From positions 12,453 to 76,452 of the IMG/VR virus record IMGVR_UViG_3300021142_000023: DNA of 64,000 bases; one strand, given 5' to 3'. Source of the DNA: a virus. The notes beneath the pieces were generated by a model. It was not told the DNA's origin and made no database searches. It saw nothing but the letters and a program-made list of their open reading frames with translations. Both the position numbers and the translations under genes were made by a program. This document shows, one piece after another, positions 39,567-48,972 of this stretch. Numbering within the stretch: position 1 is the stretch's first letter; every line of letters begins with the position of its first letter.

Positions 39567-40124
39567 ATGTTTCCTGTTACTATTAAATTTGTTAAAACAC
39601 ATGAACTAGCTGTGTTACCGAAGTTTAATCATGCTGACCCTTATACAGGGGATTCCGGTATTGATCTTACAGCTGTAGAGCAAGTCACTGTACCTGCTAA
39701 AGGTTATGCTGTAGTGCCTGTAGGTCTTAAGTTAGGTTACTTAACACCAGGCTATTGGATCCGGGTAGAGGGCCGTTCTGGTGTAGGTTTTAAGAAGCAT
39801 ATCTTTCCTCATTTCGGTATTATTGATAACCCTTATAGAGGAGATATGGGTATCAAGCTTTATAACTTCGGTACAGAAGACCAAACGTTTAAGGCTGGTG
39901 ACAAGATTGCACAGCTTATTGTTTACCCTCTTATACAAGCCGATATTGAGTGGACAGACCAAGTAAGTGAAACTACACGTGGTGAAAAAGGTTTCGGTTC
40001 ATCAGATAAATCAGCCAAAGCTGATGAAGTGTATAATAAGAAAATGGGTAGTGTTACACCAACTGAAGTTGAAATAGTAGCAGATCCAGATGGCGGCTTT
40101 TCAGTAAAACCAAAAAAGAAATAA
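39567..40124 (+). CDS. dut: dUTPase (trimeric)
   Basis: DSGIDL, GRSG, GIID..YRG, KIAQL, RGEKGFGSS. Confidence 0.93.
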   Translation: MFPVTIKFVKTHELAVLPKFNHADPYTGDSGIDLTAVEQVTVPAKGYAVVPVGLKLGYLTPGYWIRVEGRSGVGFKKHIFPHFGIIDNPYRGDMGIKLYNFGTEDQTFKAGDKIAQLIVYPLIQADIEWTDQVSETTRGEKGFGSSDKSAKADEVYNKKMGSVTPTEVEIVADPDGGFSVKPKKK

Positions 40125-41068
40125 TGTCAATCAACGAACAGTTAATGAATATATGGGTAGAAAAGTATCGGCCAACTAAACTGGCCGATATGGTTTTATC
40201 TGAGTCTTTGCGTGCGTACATAGAAGAATGTAAACGTAAAGACGAAATACCTAATATGTTGCTAGTAGGTAATGCTGGTACTGGAAAGACCACATTAGCG
40301 AAAGTAATTATAAATGAAATACTAGATGCACAGTACCTTTACATTAACGCAAGCGAAAAGAACGGTATCGACGAAGTCCGTACCTCTATTCTTACATTTG
40401 CTCAAACTAAAAGCTTGGATGGCAAAATTAAGGTTATCTTTCTCGACGAGTTTGACAACTTTACTGATGCGGGTCAAAGAGCTCTGCGTAATGTTATGGA
40501 AGAGTACGCTGGTAATACCCGTTTTATCCTCACTGGCAACTATCTACATCGTATTATCCAACCAATTCAGTCTCGATGCCAAGTTTTCACTGATTTTACT
40601 CCTCCTATTGGAGAATATGCTAAACGAATAGGTTTTATTCTTCGTCAGGAAAAGACACAAGTAGAGAAAGAACAAATAGAGAAGATTAAAGAGGTTATTC
40701 GTTATCACTACCCGGATTTACGAAGAATCATTAACTATATTCAACGTAGCGTTGTTGATGGTGTATTGTCTATTAGTAGTACGATTAATAACGAGGGATT
40801 CGCACAAGAGATCCTGGATAAAACTGTGAACAAAGAAGACCTTACGTCTATACGTAAATTCGTTATAGAGTCGGAACAAACCTTTGGAAACGACTATCCT
40901 AAGTTAATGAAAGATCTGTTTAATGCAGTATACAAGAGCTCTATTTCAGAAGATAAAAAAAGACTTGCATTGCTGCAAGTCTCTGAATATCTCTATCGAA
41001 GCGCTTTAGTAATGGATCAAGAAATTAACTTTTTTTCTTGTCTTATTGCCTTAGCTTCCGTGGTGTGA
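40124..41068 (+). CDS. gp44: Clamp loader large subunit (T4 gp44/RFC-like)
   Basis: WVEKYRP, GNAGTGKTT, NAS, DEFD, Q.ALR..ME, SRC, YPDLR. Confidence 0.93.
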   Translation: MSINEQLMNIWVEKYRPTKLADMVLSESLRAYIEECKRKDEIPNMLLVGNAGTGKTTLAKVIINEILDAQYLYINASEKNGIDEVRTSILTFAQTKSLDGKIKVIFLDEFDNFTDAGQRALRNVMEEYAGNTRFILTGNYLHRIIQPIQSRCQVFTDFTPPIGEYAKRIGFILRQEKTQVEKEQIEKIKEVIRYHYPDLRRIINYIQRSVVDGVLSISSTINNEGFAQEILDKTVNKEDLTSIRKFVIESEQTFGNDYPKLMKDLFNAVYKSSISEDKKRLALLQVSEYLYRSALVMDQEINFFSCLIALASVV

Positions 41069-42409
41069 GTGTTTAGCTTTAATTTGCTCTTTTTTCTTAG
41101 CATCATGCTCTCTACCAGCTTGTTGTAAAGCTTTGAAATCATCTGCTCCGTATTTCTTTTTACCGAGGTAAGCTTGAAGTCCGGATTCATCTTTCATTTT
41201 CATTTTAGCTTCTTTCATTGTATCACATTTGCAAATATCTTTACCGCAGATAGGACATACTTCTTCTGCAATAGTACCGGTAGTATTAATTACTTCTTCT
41301 TCTTTATCTCCTACTTTGCCTTTTTGTCCTTCTTTAGTTTTATGTAAAAAACCAGTGAAAGCATTGCCTTCTTTTTCTGTGGATTGACTACCAGGGAAAT
41401 GACCGAATACTGCTTTGTAATCCTGCCCTGCTTCGGCTGGAAACTCTCCGTCATCCATATACCACATTTTATTGTCCGTTGCGGTTTTTGCTCTACGGGG
41501 ATCATTATTATACTGTTTTAAATTATGAGCATAAAGATTGTGCCAGAGCTTATCTTGAAACTCTTCCCAAGACAATCCTGGTTTCATTCCAGTTAAGCAA
41601 TCTTTGAAAAACGGTTTATTATAATTTGCTGGTAAAGAATTTACAAATGCATCAATCTTAGCTTCGTCATCATTTGCTACATTTTCTTCCTCAGATTGAA
41701 TTGGAGGATTACCTGCTGATTGATCCCCACCATTTTGGGAACCAACACCACCGCTCATTACACCTACGTCTTCAGTAAGAATATTAAAATAAAGATCTTC
41801 TAAGAGAGCTTGTGACTCGTTAATATTTTTGGCTTTTTGCATGCCTTTTACTTTTGGTGGTTGCATATCGTTATGTTTGTTAGAGTGTGCAAGCTTTGTA
41901 TTTTTTGTAGCTAACTCGTAATCACCTTTTTCAGCATGAGTTTGCTTTTTCATCACTTTTGTTTGTTCGTTAGTTGCTTTGCTTTTAAATTCTTTTTCAC
42001 CTTCAGCTGTACGATCTCTTGTATCTTTTTGACCTTCTGGTACTGGAGCTAGGTTAGCACCTGTATCAACTTCTTCTAAACATTCGACTGGAAGAGTGAT
42101 TAAATTAGCAACCATACCTGGTGCATATTCTTCATATACATCAGCTAATTCAGCCGGTACTTGATCTGCACCTTCAGCACTATAACGTGAACCAGCGCTG
42201 TAATTATGTAATTTACCGACGCGTAGATTGTTACCTGCTTTAACAGCTTCTTTAATACGCTGCTTAACATTTTCGCCTAACTTTTTAAAACCGTCCATAT
42301 TTTCGTAACCGGATTTTAATTTTACAACATCCCCTACAAGAAAACCGTTACCTTGTGCATAACGACCGTAGGCTGCTTCAAATAAAGAGTTAAACTTACT
42401 GTTTTTCAT
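41051..42409 (-). CDS. Hypothetical protein, probable internal head protein
   Basis: MKNSKFNSLFEA; several internal xxE sites (INES, LTED, IAEE); minus-strand TAAGTA at 42420-42425. Confidence 0.65.
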   Translation of the reverse strand: MKNSKFNSLFEAAYGRYAQGNGFLVGDVVKLKSGYENMDGFKKLGENVKQRIKEAVKAGNNLRVGKLHNYSAGSRYSAEGADQVPAELADVYEEYAPGMVANLITLPVECLEEVDTGANLAPVPEGQKDTRDRTAEGEKEFKSKATNEQTKVMKKQTHAEKGDYELATKNTKLAHSNKHNDMQPPKVKGMQKAKNINESQALLEDLYFNILTEDVGVMSGGVGSQNGGDQSAGNPPIQSEEENVANDDEAKIDAFVNSLPANYNKPFFKDCLTGMKPGLSWEEFQDKLWHNLYAHNLKQYNNDPRRAKTATDNKMWYMDDGEFPAEAGQDYKAVFGHFPGSQSTEKEGNAFTGFLHKTKEGQKGKVGDKEEEVINTTGTIAEEVCPICGKDICKCDTMKEAKMKMKDESGLQAYLGKKKYGADDFKALQQAGREHDAKKKEQIKAKHSHHGS

Positions 42410-42447
42410 ATGATGATATTACTTACTACCTCCCTAAGTATTTTACA

Positions 42448-42888
42448 ATGCCATCCATAAGTTTTAACGGTCTACAAAAGGTTATAGTAACCAATACTTA
42501 TACATATTCGGATTTACATCTAGATTTTAGTAATCCTATAAGCAAAGACTTGCAAGCAGATTATGATGCTGCAGCTATTAAAAATTCTATTTACTCTTTG
42601 TTTAATACCATGCCCGGGCAAAGTTTATTAAATCCATTATATGGATTAGACTTAACCCAATATTTGTTTGAACCGGTAAATGAAACAAATGCACGAAACA
42701 TTGGCAATGCTATAGTTAACGGATTGTCTTTGTATGAACCAAGAGTAACTGTCTCTAACGTCAACATAACTCTAAACCTAGACGAGCAAACCTATTACAT
42801 TGACTTAAATATAATAATGCCATATCTTAACAATCAAGCTGTTAATATACCAGGCACTTTAAGCAAAACAGGATATACAATTTTATAA
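42448..42888 (+). CDS. gp25: Baseplate wedge subunit (gp25-like)
   Basis: YSDL.L, AIKNSI..LF.T.PG...L.P.YG, LFEP, YEPRV. Confidence 0.92.
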   Translation: MPSISFNGLQKVIVTNTYTYSDLHLDFSNPISKDLQADYDAAAIKNSIYSLFNTMPGQSLLNPLYGLDLTQYLFEPVNETNARNIGNAIVNGLSLYEPRVTVSNVNITLNLDEQTYYIDLNIIMPYLNNQAVNIPGTLSKTGYTIL

Positions 42889-42889
42889 G

Positions 42890-44731
42890 ATGTCGACAAC
42901 ATACACAGATGCATCAGCTCTAAACATTCAACCAAACGAATACATCGCGTTTGATGCTACAAATCTTAGAGACTTCATGCGTACCCGCTTAACACAAAGC
43001 GGCTTATTTACAGATCAATACGTTGAAGGTTCAAATCTGAATGCGGTTAACAGTGTTATTGCATATGCTTTTCATACTTTTATGTACTACCTAAACAAGA
43101 CTTCTTCGGAGTCTATGTTTAGTGATGCTCAAATTTACGAAAACATTAATAAAGTAGTTAGGATTATTAACTATTCCCCTATTGGGGTACAAACCTCAAC
43201 TGTAACGTTTACCTGCTCCGCTACAGCAGACTTACCTATAGGTTCATATACAATACCTCGTTATTCGTTTATTCGTGTTAATAACGCTCCTTATACATTT
43301 AACACTGATGTAACTTTTACAAAAACTTTATCTACAAATCAGTATATCGAAAGTGTTGGTAGTCAGACCTTATTGTACCAAGGTAAGTGGACAGAGTATC
43401 CAGCCTATACTGCTCAAGGAGCTACTAATGAAACTGTTTTTGTTGCACCAGGTAGCGCAGTACAGATAGATCATTTTAATATTGATGTTTATGTAAAGAG
43501 CGCTGCAACCGGTAAATGGTCGCAATGGACTCGTACAGAATCTCTTTACTTGGAAACTGCTACATCAACCACATTTGAAGCTCGTTACAATGAAAGTCGT
43601 AACTATGAGTTAAAGTTTGGTAACGGTGTTAACGGAGCACAACTTAACACAGGCGATATAGTTGCAGTCTACTACTTACAATCTTTAGGTGTTAACGGTC
43701 AAATTGGTTCAGGAGATTTAAGCTCTTTACCTGCTGTACTTTATAATACAGCTCAGTTTAATCAAATACAGGCTGACGTATTCAGCACTGATCTACAGTA
43801 CTTGGATGATTCCGGTATCACTTATTTAAGCTTTGATAACGCTAATACATCTACAGCATTTACCAATGCAGAAAATGCAGATAGTATTCGCGCTAATGCT
43901 CCAGCTGCTTACAAATCTCAATACAGGCTAGTAACAGCAAATGATTACAACAACTTTGTTAAGAGTACGTTTAATAATATTGTACAAGACGTTTTAGTAT
44001 ATAGTAATAACGATTACGTAAACAATCATTTACGTTATTTATATAATATTGGTTTAACTAACCCTAATCAAGATAATAGAGTATTATATAATCAGTTAGC
44101 ATTTTCTACTTCCTGTAACTTTAATAACATTTACATTTACGCTTTACCGAGAGCTTCTCAGGGTAGCACAGTTAACTCAGTAAGTTATCTAACACCAACA
44201 CAAAAAACTTTAATAACCAATACAGCTATTAGCAAAAAGACTTTAACGTCTGATATTATTGTAATGGATCCAGTATATAAGACAGTTACAATAGGTTATA
44301 GTAGTACAACCGGAGAAGATGTTAATACTATTATTAATCAAACAAGATTAGTAATAATGTTAGAGCGTACAGCAAAAGTATCTGCACAACTTATACAAAA
44401 CAAAGTAACCGGTATTATTACTTCTTTCTTTGATCCGACTAAAATGACTTTAGGCTATAATATAGACCTAATCACTTTAACAGCTCAAATTGAAAGCATA
44501 CCTGGTGTATATATGGTATATACTCAACGTCAAGATACAGGAGAGACGGTACAAGGGGTTAACTTAGTATTGTGGAATCCATCTTATCCAACTAACGACA
44601 TTAGTATATTAACTAAAAACACTCAACTTGCACCTTTCCAAGCGCTTTACTTAAACGATACAACCAATATTACGCCTCGTATTATTGTTTCAACAGATGT
44701 ATCTCAAGACACTTCAGTTATTAACATTTAA
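42890..44731 (+). CDS. gp6: Baseplate wedge subunit (gp6-like)
   Basis: FD...LR, FTD..VEGSN, ES..S.A...EN, YE..FG.G..G, SIR.NAP..Y..Q.R.VTA.DY. Confidence 0.9.
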   Translation: MSTTYTDASALNIQPNEYIAFDATNLRDFMRTRLTQSGLFTDQYVEGSNLNAVNSVIAYAFHTFMYYLNKTSSESMFSDAQIYENINKVVRIINYSPIGVQTSTVTFTCSATADLPIGSYTIPRYSFIRVNNAPYTFNTDVTFTKTLSTNQYIESVGSQTLLYQGKWTEYPAYTAQGATNETVFVAPGSAVQIDHFNIDVYVKSAATGKWSQWTRTESLYLETATSTTFEARYNESRNYELKFGNGVNGAQLNTGDIVAVYYLQSLGVNGQIGSGDLSSLPAVLYNTAQFNQIQADVFSTDLQYLDDSGITYLSFDNANTSTAFTNAENADSIRANAPAAYKSQYRLVTANDYNNFVKSTFNNIVQDVLVYSNNDYVNNHLRYLYNIGLTNPNQDNRVLYNQLAFSTSCNFNNIYIYALPRASQGSTVNSVSYLTPTQKTLITNTAISKKTLTSDIIVMDPVYKTVTIGYSSTTGEDVNTIINQTRLVIMLERTAKVSAQLIQNKVTGIITSFFDPTKMTLGYNIDLITLTAQIESIPGVYMVYTQRQDTGETVQGVNLVLWNPSYPTNDISILTKNTQLAPFQALYLNDTTNITPRIIVSTDVSQDTSVINI

Positions 44732-44742
44732 CATTTACTCAT

Positions 44743-46281
44743 ATGGCCGATATTAAAATCTCAGCATTACCTACATTAGGCTCAGCAGGCGCTCAAGGCT
44801 CTGACGTTATTCCAGTAGTAGACAATTCATCTCCTGGTGCACAAGTAACTAAAAAAATTACTTTAACTGATTTAACCAATTACATTACCGGGCAGATACC
44901 ACCTTCTACTCCCTCCACACCACCCACTTATAATCTTCCACCTGGTTCTGGATTAGGTTACTACCAAAAAGAAATCTTTCAACGTTCTAGTATAGTACCA
45001 GCTACCCCGCCTAATCAAGTCAGTCCAGCTGGTTGGTATATAAGCGATCCAGGTAGTAGTGGTAATGATGTATTATGGTCTTGTACAGCTCTTATTGACC
45101 CATCTGAAGGTGGTTCGCTAGTTAATCCTCCTGGTGCTTGGTCAGCGCCTATTAGAAAGGGTGCAGGTCAAGTTATATTTTACTCTCCTACACAACCTAC
45201 TGCTGGTTATATACAGGACGGAGATTTATGGTACAATACAGCAAATAACAATGTACTTAAAATTTATCAGAGCGGTGCTTGGGTACTAACAACAGTACCG
45301 TTCCCGTACGTTGATGCTAACGGTAATATGACCGGTATTGTGCAAGTCAACGGAAACAATAATGGCAATGTTACTTTAGTTGCTGAGCAATTTCAGATCG
45401 TTTCAACAGAAGATTTAGCGGGTTCGACTTATAAGACTGCTCCATTTAAAATATTAAACATTACTGCACCTGCAGGTACTACATTTGCTGATGGTACTAC
45501 TAATAAGCATGAAATCTTTATGGATGGTACTCATGTTACCAATCTAGATGCAGGTTCTATTATTGGCGGCACTATTCAAGCCGGTGTAAAGATGCAAACT
45601 CCTTTACTTGAAGCAGGCGCAATAAACAATAATTTTGGTGTGTATAATGACGGATGTACAAGATATAGTAATACTGCTACATCAACTAATGGCATATCAA
45701 TAGCTGGTAGACCATACTATACGATGCCTACAACCGGTTATGTTACATTAACCGATGGTGGTACGTACCCTATTACGCAAGGCGGAGCTCCTTTACCTCA
45801 AAATTCTGCAGGCACTGAACAATGGTGGAATGGTTCTTATCAAGGTGCTTCTAATATTTCTCCTCTTACTTTTTGGGGATGGAATACAGGGCCTACCGGG
45901 TATATAGCAAATCGTTTTGGTTGTCCAGGTAACGGTGAGCAGTTATTTTTATATAACTGGCAAGCTTATACAGATGGAACCGACCCGTTAATGAACGGTA
46001 ATTTAGTTTATAGAATAGTAACTAGCTATTCAAATAACGTGGTAGGATGGGGTCCGACTTGTCAAGTACAATTCCAACAAGCCGATCTTGCTGGTGGTGG
46101 TAGGGTTTTACAACAGCACGGGGCGCTCTGTTTTAGAGGTAACAATAGTGAAACCCCTACCCCTGATGGTACTGGTTATCTTAATGGTATTTGTCTCATA
46201 CAGTTTGGTTGGCGAGTAGCATCTGTCGGTACCGGATCAATAATATGGTCTAGTATAAATGTTACTGCAGTTAATATATAA
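44743..46281 (+). CDS. Baseplate/tail fibre-associated structural protein
   Basis: MADIKISALPT...KKITL N-terminus typical of fibre proteins; P....DGDLWYNT; follows gp6. Confidence 0.6.
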   Translation: MADIKISALPTLGSAGAQGSDVIPVVDNSSPGAQVTKKITLTDLTNYITGQIPPSTPSTPPTYNLPPGSGLGYYQKEIFQRSSIVPATPPNQVSPAGWYISDPGSSGNDVLWSCTALIDPSEGGSLVNPPGAWSAPIRKGAGQVIFYSPTQPTAGYIQDGDLWYNTANNNVLKIYQSGAWVLTTVPFPYVDANGNMTGIVQVNGNNNGNVTLVAEQFQIVSTEDLAGSTYKTAPFKILNITAPAGTTFADGTTNKHEIFMDGTHVTNLDAGSIIGGTIQAGVKMQTPLLEAGAINNNFGVYNDGCTRYSNTATSTNGISIAGRPYYTMPTTGYVTLTDGGTYPITQGGAPLPQNSAGTEQWWNGSYQGASNISPLTFWGWNTGPTGYIANRFGCPGNGEQLFLYNWQAYTDGTDPLMNGNLVYRIVTSYSNNVVGWGPTCQVQFQQADLAGGGRVLQQHGALCFRGNNSETPTPDGTGYLNGICLIQFGWRVASVGTGSIIWSSINVTAVNI

Positions 46282-46284
46282 TGT

Positions 46285-48972
46285 ATGTCAACATACATCA
46301 ATACAGAAGATAGTAACGTATTAAATACGCAAGACAGTAATCAAATAGTTACTGAAAGCTCTACTTCTTCATCTCCTTCGACTTCAGCACCAACAGTTAC
46401 CAGTATTAGTCCTACAAGCGGTTCTACAGCCGGTGGTACTATAGTTACTATTAACGGTACTGGTTTTACAAATGCTCTTGGAGTATCTTTCGGTACTACA
46501 GCAGCTACTACTTTTACAGTTAATACTGATACATCTATTACTGCTACTTCTCCAGCTGGTGCAGCAGGGGTGGTTGATGTAACTGTAACAACGTCATTAG
46601 GTACAAGCACTACAAGTACAAATGATCAGTTTACATATGTTGCACCTACCATACCTTTCTGTTCCCAACATGAAAATTTAGTTTCAACATATATCAATTC
46701 TGGCGGGTTTTCAGTAAAAAGTTCTTATATTGGTGCTTCTCCTAGTGTAATTTTTACGTATGCAACACCTGTATATGTAGATATTAATATTGCTACTGGT
46801 GCACAAACAACTACGATATTAAACTTATTCTCTATTTTTATACAATATGGAGATGGAGTAGAAGAAGAAATTACACAAGTTACAGATAGTGTAATGCGTG
46901 GTTCGGATCACGTATACAAATGGCCTGGTGAGTTTGAAGTTAAAGTTTCGGTTATACCTAAGAACGGTTGCCCGCCTTCAATATTCCGTTCTTCAATAAC
47001 AGTACAAAATTATACAACCGATTATTTACAATGGGATTATTCTCGTTGGCCAGAACTTACCCCACAGAACCTTTCTTTAGGTGGTTTATTTCATGGTTAT
47101 CAGTCTAACCCGCCTGGTTCGTTCAACTCTCCTACACCTTTAACATTTTCATTCTCTGCTTCTAATCAATTAAGCGGCAACTTAGTATTTGACTTATACT
47201 CGCAGGGATCCTTATCTCAGCCTTGGGAAACAACCACTCCAGATAATAAATTTGCTCAGTTAAGACCACGCTGGAGATATACAGACTTAAACGGTAATTT
47301 TATTACTTCCCTAACCGCGACTAATATTACCCCGGTATATGCTATGCCAGATGGTATTGGTACTGTTCCTGGAAGTGGTACTTTAGTTGGTTATTACGGT
47401 TCAGTAGACTTTTATTATATAGACGATATACCCTCATTAGTATACAATAACGGGTTTACGGTTACCACACCAAGAGTTTGGGTAACATATAATACAAGCA
47501 ATATACCTAACTTACAGGATAATAATGATGGTAGTACGCCTTCTTATTCTAATAGTAATGTTACTTTATCTGCATTATTTTATGTAAAAAACTTATCTGC
47601 AGATCATTTTAACATAACTGTTGACGGTGATACAATACTGTTACCTACCACTATTTGGCCAGATACAGACAATCAGTTTATAGTAACTGTTAATAGTGCA
47701 TCTGCAAGTACAGTATACTATAATAACAATACACTACTTAATTATCCGCTTTTAGGAGCAACTTACACTAACGTTACAGCCACCGTAACACCCGCTTCTG
47801 CAGCAACCGTATATGTACCTTCTTTTAAGTTTAACAGATATGATAATCTAGGTAGAGATATAGGCGGTTTTTATAAAAACATTTTAAGTACATTACCACT
47901 CTCTGCTTTATCAAGTCCTATATTAAATACAAACCTGTTACTAAGTGCTAAGACATTTACAACTATAGTAGAACCTGCACCATACGGTTCTCCTGGTTAC
48001 TACACAGTAGCTAATGCCCTTGCAAATGCTTCTTTAACTACAACTAGCTTGACTGGAGCGTTTAATTTTAATATTACAGATTTTTATAAAAAGTATTTTG
48101 TACGTAAAGTAAATGAAAACTTTAATTACGGTAATTTACTTAAGTCTTATTTATTACAACCATTCCTACAGGAAGATACTAACTTAATTACGTATCTATC
48201 TGCGGTAGGTGGAGATAATGTACACCCTACAGAAAACTTCGGAACAGTAGCATATGAAAAAACTGCTAACTTTGTAGGTAATAACGCTGACCCTCTCACA
48301 AGTGGTGTTAATCAGTTATACTCTTTAGCAAGTCTAGTTGATACTGAGTTTGATGATTACAATCTAAATGCACCACCTGTACTCAAGAGACAGTTTGATC
48401 TTTATAGTACACCGCATGAGCGTTTATGGGGTACAAGAGAAAAATACAATACAAACTTTGATGCTACTACAGATCATACGAATTTAGGAGCTGCCTTAAC
48501 AGCTTATCCAGCTAACGCAACAGTTAATGCAGGAGACAAAATAGTTGTAAACGATATTTTTAATGCAACATTTTACGAACTTTTAGAAGTGCCTCGTATT
48601 AATTCTTACGCTAGTATATCTGCAAATAATATGCAGGCTTACTTCCCACCAGCTAATACGTTAACATTCCCATTAACCTCTTATCCGCTAAGTTCGTTCT
48701 TTGGTTGGGGATTAAAGACTCCAGTTAATAGCTATTATCGGTTCTTTGTTTACAATAATGTTTATACAAACACCCCAGTAAATGCTCTTATTGATTGGAA
48801 TACTCGTACAGATGGGTTATCAACTACTTTAGCCGAATCTGCTTCTTCTGTAAAAGCTTGGTACGCAGATGGTGGTATATTAGAAAATATATATAGCTAT
48901 TATATTACACAGGGACTAAACTTGATAGGCAGTAAATATTATCAGTTAACTGGTACTATACCTCAATCATGA
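46285..48972 (+). CDS. Large structural protein with IPT/TIG and PKD-like domains
   Basis: PTVTSISPTSGSTAGGT.VTI.GTGF...VSFG...ITATSP...VDVTVTT (IPT/TIG); YGDG...HVY..PGEF.V (PKD-like). Confidence 0.7.
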   Translation: MSTYINTEDSNVLNTQDSNQIVTESSTSSSPSTSAPTVTSISPTSGSTAGGTIVTINGTGFTNALGVSFGTTAATTFTVNTDTSITATSPAGAAGVVDVTVTTSLGTSTTSTNDQFTYVAPTIPFCSQHENLVSTYINSGGFSVKSSYIGASPSVIFTYATPVYVDINIATGAQTTTILNLFSIFIQYGDGVEEEITQVTDSVMRGSDHVYKWPGEFEVKVSVIPKNGCPPSIFRSSITVQNYTTDYLQWDYSRWPELTPQNLSLGGLFHGYQSNPPGSFNSPTPLTFSFSASNQLSGNLVFDLYSQGSLSQPWETTTPDNKFAQLRPRWRYTDLNGNFITSLTATNITPVYAMPDGIGTVPGSGTLVGYYGSVDFYYIDDIPSLVYNNGFTVTTPRVWVTYNTSNIPNLQDNNDGSTPSYSNSNVTLSALFYVKNLSADHFNITVDGDTILLPTTIWPDTDNQFIVTVNSASASTVYYNNNTLLNYPLLGATYTNVTATVTPASAATVYVPSFKFNRYDNLGRDIGGFYKNILSTLPLSALSSPILNTNLLLSAKTFTTIVEPAPYGSPGYYTVANALANASLTTTSLTGAFNFNITDFYKKYFVRKVNENFNYGNLLKSYLLQPFLQEDTNLITYLSAVGGDNVHPTENFGTVAYEKTANFVGNNADPLTSGVNQLYSLASLVDTEFDDYNLNAPPVLKRQFDLYSTPHERLWGTREKYNTNFDATTDHTNLGAALTAYPANATVNAGDKIVVNDIFNATFYELLEVPRINSYASISANNMQAYFPPANTLTFPLTSYPLSSFFGWGLKTPVNSYYRFFVYNNVYTNTPVNALIDWNTRTDGLSTTLAESASSVKAWYADGGILENIYSYYITQGLNLIGSKYYQLTGTIPQS

